Origin: the human T2T-CHM13v2.0 reference genome, Homo sapiens
DNA: 64,000 nt
Direction: 5' to 3' (one strand)
NCBI RefSeq assembly: GCF_009914755.1
Contig: NC_060929.1
Shown here: one piece after another, positions 38,966 to 51,447 of the stretch
Layout: every line of letters starts with the position of its first letter
Position numbering within the stretch: position 1 is the stretch's first letter
The notes under the pieces: model-generated
Database searches by the model: none
The model's input: the letters and a program-made list of their open reading frames with translations, nothing else
What the model was told of the DNA's origin: nothing
Program-made: the position numbers and the translations under genes

Positions 38966-39733
38966 CTTGTCTTGAACTCCTGCCTCAAGCGATCCTCTGG
39001 AACCTTGGCCTCCCAGAGTGCTGGGATTACAGGCATGTGCCACTACGCCCTGCTCACTCGGTTTCTACAGTCTCATTTTAATAATTTTAATGAGACAGAG
39101 GGGATGAAACTTGTTGTTCTAGCCTGTCTCTCTCATCACCTTGAGAAGTCTGAATCAGGAAAAAATAGCATATTGTTGCTTCAGAATGAGTAAGCTGTGT
39201 TCTCCCTATGTTCCAAATTGCCAATTAAGTTAAATACTCCCGAAAGACACACATGGATGACTCCTCCCTTGATTTTCCCCAAGATTCATTTCCAGACTAG
39301 TGTCATGGTAAACATGACTAAGACTAAGAAAGCAGACACCTCCTTTCTTTTCCTCCTTCTCTTTAAATGACTTTCCAGTACTTCTACAATCTTTTATTCT
39401 ATATTTGGACACAAGATAACTGTTGTATGGGGTAAAGTGGGTGGGGTTTGTGTTGATGAAGTCACAGACCTATCTTCACCGCAAACCTTCCCAGGGTTCA
39501 TCCCATAGCTAAGACCAAAGTGATGCATGTCTACCCAGGGGCAGGCAGAGGACATTTGCCCTTTTCTCATTCACCTCTCCCCAAGAGGTGACTTAGGAAC
39601 TTCCCTAAGAAGTTTCCTAGTCAAAACTTCTTTCTTGGTGACGACTGGTCACTGTTTACAGCCCCTTGTTTCTCTCCTCTATTGGAGTGGTTAGTCAGTC
39701 GCCTCAACCCTACTAATAAAAATAAACCAGGTG

Positions 39734-39845
39734 ATACTCTGGTTTCTCTTCAGATCATATAAATCTTTCACCTTTTACTAAAGATTCCTGTGGAGAGTTT
39801 TTGAGTTTTTAGCTAATTTTTTGAGCCTTTGCTTTAGCAAGGCTA
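39734..39845 (+). pseudogene. RNU5B-4P: U5 snRNA retrocopy (U5B-like; probably RNU5B-4P)
   Basis: Starts ATACTCTGGTTTCTCTTCAGATC like U5; loop-1 region CCTTTTACTAAAGA, Sm site AATTTTTTG, 3' stem ending GCAAGGCTA; CpG-to-CpA/TpG decay; no PSE seen. Confidence 0.88.
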
Positions 39846-40404
39846 GTATAAAGAAGAAGAAGAAGGGGGCGGGGGGGAAACAATGGCTGGGTGTGGTGGG
39901 TCACACCTGTAATCCCAGCAGTTTGGGAGGCCGAGGCGGGTGGATCACTTGAGGTCAGGAGTTCGAGACGAACATGACCAACATGGTAAAACCCTGTTGC
40001 TACTAAAAAAATACAAAAATTAGCCAGGCATGATGGCACACGCCTGTAGCTCCAGCTATTTAGGAGGCTGAACCAGGAGAACCACTTGAACCCTCGGGAG
40101 GCAGAGGTTGTGGTGAGCCAAGATCACGCCACTGCACTCCAGCCTGGGAGACAGAGTGAGACTCCATCTCAAGAAAAAAAAACAAAAGCAACAACAACAA
40201 AACCCAGGTGAACTTGATAAAACCTGACACAAAGTCCCTTCTATCGACCATCCAAGTTTCTCAAAGAGCTGCCCATAGGGGCAGAAACCTGCATGTATGT
40301 CTGTTCTAGGAAACAAGGCCCAAAAGCTGCTAGAACATACTGTTAAGAAATGTGCATGGGAGCATAGACCTTAAAAGTAATTAGACTGCAGGCTAGAAAA
40401 TAAT

Positions 40405-40410
40405 TTTAAT
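40405..40410 (-). terminator. Candidate ECSCR polyadenylation signal ATTAAA
   Basis: tttaat on plus, about 320 nt past the stop codon. Confidence 0.6.
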
Positions 40411-40726
40411 GCAAAGTAGAAAGTATCAATCCACCTCATCACTTTCCTTGCTCTCTCTCTGTCACCTCCTCTTTCCTGTGGCTCTGAGGAGGTGGGAGAA
40501 GCAGGCAGTATTTCCACAGCAGCTGTCCATACAGGAAAGAGTCTCCCCTGTTGGTAGCTTGCTCCCAGATCTGGGGCAATGCTAGTGTCCTTTAGATCTA
40601 GAAGCAGACATGAAACAATAAAATAATTTACATGTGGTTCATTGCCTCTACTAATTCCATCTCTTCCTCCTTGTAGTCACAGGGCAGCTGCATCATCCTT
40701 GGACTCATGGGGACCCAAAGTTGCTT

Positions 40727-40735
40727 TTAAAGAAC
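40727..40735 (-). CDS. ECSCR: ECSCR last exon, coding part VL-stop
   Basis: ttttgcag|GTT CTT TAA; the ten exons sum to 618 nt = 205 aa plus stop. Confidence 0.88.
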   Translation of the reverse strand, partial: VL

Positions 40736-40904
40736 CTGCAAAATAAATGCATAATGGGGAAGGGTGAACTTTTTAGGATTGGCAGGGTACAGAAGAGGGG
40801 AGAAAAGCCAGAGTCTTTGAAAGTATCTCCTTTCTGGCCTGAAAGTAGGAGGAGGAAGGGAAAGGTGAATTTGGGGAAGGAAGGCAGGAAACAGAAAAAT
40901 GTAC

Positions 40905-41001
40905 CTTCTCTGCTGAGAGACTTTGTTTGCCATTATTCATGTTGATGTTCTTCATGGAGATAAGGGTGATGCTGTCTTTCTCTCCATTGGCTGTGGAGCA
41001 G
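40905..41001 (-). CDS. ECSCR: ECSCR coding exon 9 (SCSTANGEKDSITLISMKNINMNNGKQSLSAEK)
   Basis: ctcccccag acceptor, AAG|GTACA donor; 97 nt. Confidence 0.93.
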
Positions 41002-41166
41002 CTGGGGGAGGAAGGGGGTCTGGGTTAAAGAGAGGAGGAGGGCAGGGCAATGGGGAGTCAAGGAACTGTGAGGTTGTTGAGCCTTAGACCTTTGTCTCAA
41101 AAAATCTATATTTTGGTGGTGGATCATGATGAAATGCGAGTGTGCTTTGAAGACCGAAAGACTGCA

Positions 41167-42713
<1,547 letters not shown>

Positions 42714-42898
42714 CTAAGCTTAGAGATAATGTCTTTTTATATTAGAATCTGAATTCCTACACTTTTCATGATGGGGTTATAGAGGGTTAGCCCTGGTGTT
42801 GAAGAGTTTCAGTCCATCTCCTGTCATTTGATTGTTCCCTTTCAGGTCTGCCCCTGTCCTGCCCACCCCAGCCCTGGCCTCAGAGGAGCCTGTCAGGA

Positions 42899-45615
42899 TT
42901 GTATGTGTGTGGTATGTGTGTGTGGTGTGAGGGGTGTATATGTGTGGTATGGGGTATGTGGTGTGAGGTGTTGTGTGTGTGTGTGTGGTGTAATGCATGT
43001 GTGGTGTGTGTGTATGTGGTGTGGGGTGTGTGTGGTATGGGGTGTGTGTGTGGTATGGGGTGTGTGGGGTGTGTGTGTATGGTATGGGAGTGTTATGTGT
43101 CATGTATGTGATGTGTGGGGGAGTGTGTATGTGTGGTGTGTGTGGTGTAAGGTGTATATGTTGTGTGTATGTATAATAGGGGGTACATATGTGTTTTTTA
43201 TGTGGTGTGTGGGTTTGTGGTGTGTGTGTGGTTTGGTTGGGTGTGTGGTGTGTGTGTAGTATGAGGTATGTGTGTAGTATGAGGTACGGGGTGTCTGTGT
43301 GTGATGTGTGTGGTTTGGGTGGGTGTGTGGTGTGAGTGTGTATAGTATGAAGTGTGTGGTGTGTGTGTAGTATAGGGTACGGGGTGTGTGTGTGTGGTGT
43401 GGTGTGTGTGTGGTGTCTGTGTGTATGGTATGGGGGGATGTGTGTGGTGTGTGGGTGTGTGGTGTATGTATGTTGTTTGGGTGGATATGTTGGGTATGGG
43501 GTGTGGGGTGTGTGATGTGGGTATGCGTGGTGTGTTTGTGGTGTGTGTGTGGTTTGGGTGGGTGTGTGGGGTATGTGTGTGGGGAGGGTGGGTGTGTATA
43601 GTATGGGTATGAGGGTGGGTATGGTGTGGGTGGGTGTGTAGGGTATAGGGTATGGGGTGCATGTGTAGTATAGGATGTATGTATGTCGTGTGTGTGTAGT
43701 ATAGGGTGTGGGGTGTGTGTGTTTGTGCTGTGGATGTGTGGTGTATGGGGCATGTTGTGTGTTTATGATGTATGTGGGATGTGTGTATAGTATAGGGTGT
43801 ATGTGTGGTGCATGGGGTGTATGTGGTGTGTGGGTGTGTGTGTAGTGTGGGGTATGGGATATGTTGTGTGTTTGTGGTGTATGTGGGGGTGTGTGTATAG
43901 TATGGGATGTGTGTGGTATGTGGATGTGCATGGGGTGTGTGTGTATAGTATGGGGTGTGTGTGGTATGTGGATGTGCGTGGGGTGTGTGTGTAGTATATG
44001 GGTATGTGTGAGTAGTGTGGGGTGTGGGATGTGTGGTGTGTGGTGTGTAGGGGTGTGTGTGTATGATGTGTGGGGTGTGTGGGTATATGTGTATAGTGTG
44101 GGGTGTGGGGTGTGTGGTAGGTTTGTGGTGTGTGTGTGTGTATAGTATGGGGTGTGTGTGTGTGATATGTGTGTGGGGTGTGGTGTGTGTGATGTGAGGC
44201 CTGTGCTGTATTTGAGGTGTGTGTGTGGAGGGGTGTATAGTATGGGGTGTGTGTGGTTCGTGGGGTGTGTGTGGTAGGTGGGTATGTGTGTGTAGTGTGG
44301 GGTGTGGAGTGTGTGGTGTGTTTGTGATGTGTGTGGGGAGGTATGTATAGTATGGAGTGTGTGTGGTGTGTGACGTGTGGGGTGTGTGTGGTGTGTGGGT
44401 GTGTGGGGGGTGTGGGGCATGTGTATAGTATGGGTTGTGTGTATGGTGTGTGATGTGTGGGGTGTGTGTGGTGTATGCATAGTGAGGGTGTGGGGAGTGT
44501 GGTAGGTTTGTGGTGTGTATATGTGTGTATAGTATGGGGTGTGTGTGTGGTATATGATATGTGTGTGGGGTGTGGTGTGTGTGATGTGAGGCCTGTGGTG
44601 TATTTGAGGTGTGTGTGTGGAGGGGTGTATAGTATGGGGTGTGTGTGGTTTGTGGGGTGTGGTTTGTGGGTATGTGTGTGTAGTGTGGGGTGTGGAGTGT
44701 GTGGTGTGTGACGTGTGGGGTGTGTGTGGTGTGTGGGTGTGTGGGGTGTGTGGGGCATGTGTATAGTATGGGTTGTGTGTATGGTGTGTGATGTGTGGGG
44801 TGTGTGTGGTGTATGCATAGTGTGGGGTGTGGGGAGTGTGGTGTGTTTGTGGTGTGTGTGTGTGGTGTGTATAGTACAGGGTGTGTGTGGTGTGTGATGT
44901 GTGGGGGATGTGTGGTGTGTGGGTATGTGTGTGTAGTGTGGGAGGTGCAGTGTGTGGTGTGTTTGAGGTGTGTGTGAGGGTGGTGTGTACAGTATAAGGT
45001 GTGTGGTGTGTGGTATGTGGGGTGTGTATGAGATGTGTGGGTGTGTGTGTAGTGTGGGATGTGGGGCATGTGGTATGTTTGAGGTGTGTTGGGGTGTGTG
45101 TATAGTATGGGATATGTGTGGTGTGTGGAGTGGTGGTGTGTGTGTGTAGTGGGGTGTGTGGTGTGTTTGAGGTATGTGTGGGGTGTGTGTGTGATGTGTG
45201 ATGTGTGGGGTGTGTGGTGTGTCTGATGAGTGGGGTGTGTGTGTGTGTGGTGTGTGGGTATGTGTCTGTAGTGGGGTGTGGGGTGTGTGGTGTATTTGAG
45301 GTGTGTGGGAGTGTGTGTGTGGGGGTCGTGTGGTGTGTGAGATGTGCGTCTAGTGGGGTGTGTGGTATGTGGTGTGTTTGAGGTGTGTGGGAGGCGTGTA
45401 TAATATGGGGGTTGTGTGTGATGTGTGATGTATGTAATGTGTGTGGTGTGTGGTGTGTGGGTGTGTGTAGTGAAGTGTAGGGTGTGTGGTGGGTTTGAGG
45501 TGTGTGTGGGTGTGTGTAGTGAGGTGTAGGGTGTGTGGTGGGTTTGAGGTGTGTGGGGGTGTGTGTGTGATGTGTGAAGGTGTATGGTGTGTGGTGTGTG
45601 GGTGTGTGGGTGTGG
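42899..45615. repeat. 2.7-kb GT-rich, C-poor complex low-complexity array in ECSCR intron 8
   Basis: (GT)n/GTGG/GGGGT with recurrent GTATAGTATGGG; internal duplication near 44.1-44.85 kb. Confidence 0.97.
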
Positions 45616-45689
45616 AAGGCAGGAAGTGTTGGTTCCCTCTGGGAGTTGGGGTCTGGGTGTCAGATAGAAGATTTTTCTGACGGTCTTAC

Positions 45690-45726
45690 CTTTCAGACAG
45701 CCCTGAACTCCCAGGTTTCTGGGGAT
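45690..45726 (-). CDS. ECSCR: ECSCR coding exon 8 (DPQKPGSSGLSE)
   Basis: ttttacag acceptor, AAG|GTAAG donor; 37 nt. Confidence 0.9.
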
Positions 45727-45912
45727 CTGTAAAAAGCCAAAGGCACAGGTTGGGGCTCACATGCTGTAACTCAGAAGTCCAGCCTTCCTCTCAAAGCCCA
45801 CCTGGGGACCCTCCGGCTCATGGAGTGGCAGATGCAGGCTGGTGTGAGCTGGGGCTCTAGCCCTGGGTCCGCCAGCAGAGGGGAAAAAGATCCCCGAGGG
45901 CAGGGCACGCAC

Positions 45913-46011
45913 CTTCAGACTCCTTGCTCTTCCGACACTTGAACCTCAGGCTGACCACACCAACTAGGATGATCACCACAACCACCAGGATGACAATGAA
46001 GCTGATAACAC
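45913..46011 (-). CDS. ECSCR: ECSCR coding exon 7, transmembrane helix (GVISFIVILVVVVIILVGVVSLRFKCRKSKESE)
   Basis: ttcag acceptor, GAAG|GTGCG donor; 99 nt; hydrophobic helix plus basic stop-transfer. Confidence 0.95.
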
Positions 46012-46411
46012 CTGAACAGAGAAAAGAATGGGGTGAAGGGGGCCAGTCGGGGGGACAAAGGGGCCAACAAGAGTCCGGCATTCCCTTCCCAGATAAGTAC
46101 TGTGTAGACAGGCTCCAGGAGCAAAGTGAGTTCCACTTCTCTGCTGAACAGGTGAGCTCTCAGCCTGCCGCCCCCTAGCCAGAGTGGGCTCTCCACCCGA
46201 CTCCATCCCTGCATGAGAACATGGAACCCAGCACAGCCAAGAAGAGCTAACTGGAGGGCAGGGGCCCCCCTCCCACAAGGGTCTTCCTCATCAGCCAGAA
46301 CCTCCTGGAACAAATGGGTGAGATTTGAACTTGCGTTTCCAGACCCAGAGTCCAAGTCAATTCCAGGGGTAGGGTTCCCTCCTATGTCCCACCTTCTCCT
46401 CCCGCTCTCAC

Positions 46412-46525
46412 CAAATGCAGCCACAGTGAGCACAGTCTCTGACGTGGGGCTGGGCAGGATGGTCGCATCTTCCCTCATGCTCAGGCTCATGGTGGTTGAA
46501 TTGGGGGGAACAGTTTGAAATGTGT
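46412..46525 (-). CDS. ECSCR: ECSCR coding exon 6 (DTFQTVPPNSTTMSLSMREDATILPSPTSETVLTVAAF)
   Basis: ttttag acceptor, TTTG|GTGAG donor; 114 nt; N-S-T sequon. Confidence 0.94.
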
Positions 46526-46779
46526 CTAAAATGGAGTGGAGTCAGGGGCATCAGCGAAGGGGACTGACACAGGGAAGCTAGAGCTAGCTTCCCTCCCGCT
46601 TCCCCCTAGGGAAGGACCAGAATTTATGCTGCAGAGCTAGGAGGTCAGACTGGGCAAAATAGAGCTGTCTGTATTGTGCCAGGGTTGAGGTGGGAGGAAT
46701 GTTTCTGCTCAGGCAAGGCTCCAACAAGCCAGGCTGCCTGTTAAGGGGCACAGATTTCTGGCCCTCTTAAAAACTGCTA

Positions 46780-46947
<168 letters not shown>

Positions 46948-47563
46948 TCACACCTGTAATCCCAGCACTTTGGGAGGCCGAGGCGGGCAGATCATGAGGT
47001 CAGGAGTTCAAGACCAGCCTGGCCAATATGGTGAAATCCCATCTCTACTAAAAATACAAAAATTAGCCGGGCATGGTGACGCGTGCCTATAGTCCCAGCT
47101 ACTTAGGTGGCTGAGGCAGGAGAATCTCTTGAACCTGGGAGGCAGGGGTTGCAGTGAGCCAAGATTGTGCCACTGCACTCCAGCATAGGCAACAGAGCGA
47201 GACTCTGTCTCAAAACAAAAAACAAAAAATAAAAACTAGCTGGGCCTTTTGGTGCATGCCTGTAATCCCAGCTACTCAGGAGGAGGAGGTTGCAGAGAGC
47301 CGGGATCGCACCGCTGCACTCCAGCCTGGACGACAGAACAAGACTCCTTCTCAACAAAAAAAAGGTGCTATGTCACCTGTGTCTTCCCTTCTCAACCCAT
47401 TGTACTTCAGGCCCAATTGCTGTTCCACTTATCTCTCCTCACTTCCCCTTCCCAAATAAGTCTGGGAGAATAAAAAAATCTGAGAGCCAAGGGATAAGAC
47501 GAGAGAAAGGGTCACAGACATCTCCTGCCGACTTCTCTTCAGGGCGAGTGCAGCAGGACATAC

Positions 47564-47608
47564 CTCTGCTTGTGCCTCCGTCTCTTCCACTGCTGGGGAC
47601 ACCTGCGC
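47564..47608 (-). CDS. ECSCR: ECSCR coding exon 5 (GAGVPSSGRDGGTSR)
   Basis: tgcag acceptor (weak pyrimidine tract), GAG|GTATG donor; 45 nt. Confidence 0.88.
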
Positions 47609-48285
47609 CTGCACCATGAAACAGCATGACCAAGATGGGGGCATCCCCCAGCAGCTCTTCTCCCTCGCTGCTAAGCAAAGGCCAGTCTTCCCTGCCTGAG
47701 AGGACTCTAGCTCTTTCTCAGCCTTTTCTGCCTTCCTTTTCCTTCATTTTGGGGTATCCTTCTCCTCCCTCTCCTCTCTGGGTATGCCTTTCTCAGTCTC
47801 AAGTCTAAGCTCCTGTTACCTTCGTTGTGACCAGGCCCAAGGTCCTGTCTCTACGCCCCACCAAACCTCTTTCTTTCCTGAACCAGGGTGCCACTGATGT
47901 GGGTCCTGACCCCTGTGGCCTCCTGAAGAGGGCAGAAGGAACCCATCCAGATGGAACCCAGTGTTTTTCACCGCTGCCCCCCGCCCTGGGCACTCAACAA
48001 GTCCTGATGTGTACATCTGTGGCTTGGCCCAAGTTAGGCCCAACCAGGTCGGGGAGAGCCCATCCACGGTGCCTGCCCTCGGCATCACGGGTTTACTGGC
48101 TGCCATGGGGGCCTGCGCGGCCTTCTTTGGAGCTGCCGTGAATGAGGAAGCACACTCGGGCCTGCTCAGGGCCTTGGCCGGCATGTGCACCGGGTGGGCT
48201 CTTCAGTCCAAAATCTTCCTCTTCTTTCCTGCTTTCAGTTCTAGAAGGGGCCATTCTCTTGTTCACCTCTGGGCAGTTCCCTCTG

Positions 48286-48347
48286 CCTGGAATAAGCCCC
48301 ACTACTCTCCACCCCACCTGGAATAAGCCCCACTACTCTCTACCCCA
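48286..48347. repeat. 31-bp tandem duplication (1 mismatch)
   Basis: cctggaataagccccactactctc(c/t)acccca twice. Confidence 0.95.
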
Positions 48348-48634
48348 CAGCCTCCACATGCTCAGCTGACCCCTTCTCAGCTCGGCTTCAGAAGCTGCTT
48401 CTGGGAGTCATCCCTGGCCCCCGAGTCTGAAGTGACTGACATGTGCCTGGGCTCCCACACTTCTGCTGGTGCCCACCGCAGCCCTTCTCACCCTGCATGT
48501 CATCCTCAGTGTGAGGGTCTATTTCCTTGTCTGTTCCCGCTCGCCCCAGTCTATATTCTCTTTTAGAGCAGAAACTGTTGGGGTCCTCACTGGGCCCTCC
48601 CTGGATGGCATTTGTAGTCTGAATGACACAGTAC

Positions 48635-48694
48635 CTGGGGTACCAGTGCTGGACAGATGGCTTGGCCTGTTAGCCTCTGAGGAAGGGATGTATC
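48635..48694 (-). CDS. ECSCR: ECSCR coding exon 4 (GYIPSSEANRPSHLSSTGTP)
   Basis: ttgcag acceptor, CAG|GTACT donor; 60 nt. Confidence 0.92.
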
Positions 48695-48846
48695 CTGCAA
48701 GGACAGAGGCAGATAGGGAGTGGGAGGTGGGGTAGGTTTGGTGACACCACACTCCCTGTCCCACCCAAGAACCCCTGGGCTCCAAGCAGGTCTGAATGAA
48801 TGGGTGTGGGGCAGGAGCAGGGACCTCAGCAACCACACTCACTCAC

Positions 48847-48897
48847 CTGGGTTGGAAGAAACTGGCTCTGTGGTCAGACTTAGACCGCCAAGGCCTC
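48847..48897 (-). CDS. ECSCR: ECSCR coding exon 3 (GGLGGLSLTTEPVSSNP)
   Basis: tttcag acceptor, CAG|GTGAGT donor; 51 nt. Confidence 0.92.
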
Positions 48898-49228
48898 CTG
48901 AAACAGAACATCTGAGGCTGAGGGGTGCACCGCCTCCTACTGTTCCATCTCCCTCTCTTGTTCCCTAGATCTGTGTGTCTTTCTCCCTACCCCATCCCCC
49001 ACCCCTCATTCCCAACCATTCACCTCTTTTTTCTTTCAAGGTACATTAGACTCAGCTAGGCTGAAAAAAAATCCTTAGATGAGCTCAGCCTTGGTGAGTC
49101 CTGAGAGCTCCCGCTCCAGCTGCGGCCCCAGCCCCCTGAGGTTAAGGCTAAATTGGCATAGAGCTCCTCTCACCCTTCCTAAGCTCCTAGGCCTACACGC
49201 TGGAGTAGACCCATGTGTTTGGTCTTAC

Positions 49229-49273
49229 CCTGAGAGCTAGAGGTCTGGGTCATTGTGGGCTGGGAGTTGTGGC
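49229..49273 (-). CDS. ECSCR: ECSCR coding exon 2 (GHNSQPTMTQTSSSQ)
   Basis: ttgcag acceptor, CAGG|GTAAG donor; 45 nt, phase 1-1. Confidence 0.92.
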
Positions 49274-49551
49274 CTGCAAGAGAAAGCAAAACACATAGCT
49301 TGGTAAGTCCCCTGCCCAGCACAGAGCCTAGAAAGGAACCCTTAGAATGCCTTCTGGCCCAGCCTGGGCAACATAGCAAGACCCTGTCTCTAAAAAAAAA
49401 TTTTGTTTTGTTTTGTTTTTTTTTTTTTTTTAAATTCTCCAGGCACAGTAGTGCACACCTGGAGTCCTAGCTACTCAGGAGGCTGAGGTGGCAGGATTGC
49501 TTGAGACCAGAAGGTTGAGGCTGGCTGCAGTGAGCTATGATTGCACCACTA

Positions 49552-50061
<510 letters not shown>

Positions 50062-51163
50062 TCAATAGCAACATCACCACCACCTCATGGCTCAGAGTCC
50101 CGAAGTCCTTCCCTGTCTCTTCAATCTGACATGGGCATTTTACCAACCTGATGCAGAGTCAGGAGAAGGTTATTTTAAACTAGTGACATTTCTAAGGACA
50201 GAAGATCAATGACCTGCCACACCTAGACAAGGAAGGGCCCAGGACTCCAGGTCTCTAGGCTAATGTTTACCTTAAGCTACTGTCACCCTGGTCCTGCCCC
50301 CAGGGAAGGGGCTGAGAGACGGGAAGGTGAGTGAGATGGGGATGGGGATTAGGGCTTGTATCTTGCCTAGAGGTAGGGGCCTGTGCAGAAAGTAAGTTCT
50401 GAGGTATATATAGGAGGCAGGGAAGCTCTAGCATGAGCAACCCATTCACTCTCACAGGCAGAGGATACATAGGAAATGGTTGTTATTGACCAAACCCAGA
50501 GAGGGGTCAGTCACCAAGAGTCCCCAATCAGAAGCCCTCACTGGCTTTTTTGTATGTACACGTGTGTCTGCGGGGCTCTATGCAAATGTATGTGCATGCT
50601 CGTGTGCCCTTGTGTGTGTCCCGCTGTGTATGTGGAACCTGAAAGGTCAGGTTGTATTTGCTCATTTTCCACAATGAAATCATTCTTGAAACCTGTGAAC
50701 AATGTGAAAGGAAAACAACGTGGGGAAGTGGAGCCGCCCAGCTGGGTTCCCGTCCCTCTGCTTGAGCAGGGACTACAGCCCCTGGCCTGGCTCTGCTGCT
50801 CCCTTGGTCTCTCAGCATCAGGGGAGCATTCAGCCCAGGCCTGGGTGGACAGAGGCGGCTGGGTGCCAGGGGCCCACCCCAGCCTGTGGCAACCTGCTGC
50901 TCTGCTTATTTTCCTTAAGCCACTGCCTTCCTCCATGGGGCTATCATCTGGATAGTGTAGAATTAATTGCTTCCAAGTGTAAAATTACCAAACCCTGGGC
51001 CATGTTTTTCTAGATCACCATTTCTGAGAGCCCCATTCCCTTGTTGGCGAGAGGGGGATGGTCAAGAGGGGAGTCAAAATTTATAGGAAGCCCAGGCTAG
51101 AGAAAACCCTTTCTAGCTGGGGAGGACCCTTGGAGAATCCTTTTAACCCAAGGCATGTCCTGA

Positions 51164-51447
<284 letters not shown>

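Noticed and set aside
39846-39865. gtataaagaagaaga as an snRNA 3' box for the U5 copy
   Set aside because: Directly abuts the RNA end instead of lying a short distance downstream, and no PSE or nearby octamer is visible; more likely a decayed A-rich tail
42777-45069. Very long His/Thr/Pro ORFs (567, 623, 351 aa) and Val/Cys/Gly ORFs
   Set aside because: Translation of the (CA/GT)-rich array, which lacks stop codons by composition; intronic, with no coding signature
42899-45615. Resemblance to yeast TG1-3 telomeric DNA, an interstitial telomere or a CRISPR-like array
   Set aside because: No TTAGGG units, no constant repeat with unique spacers, and a eukaryotic intron context; best explained by microsatellite expansion and duplication
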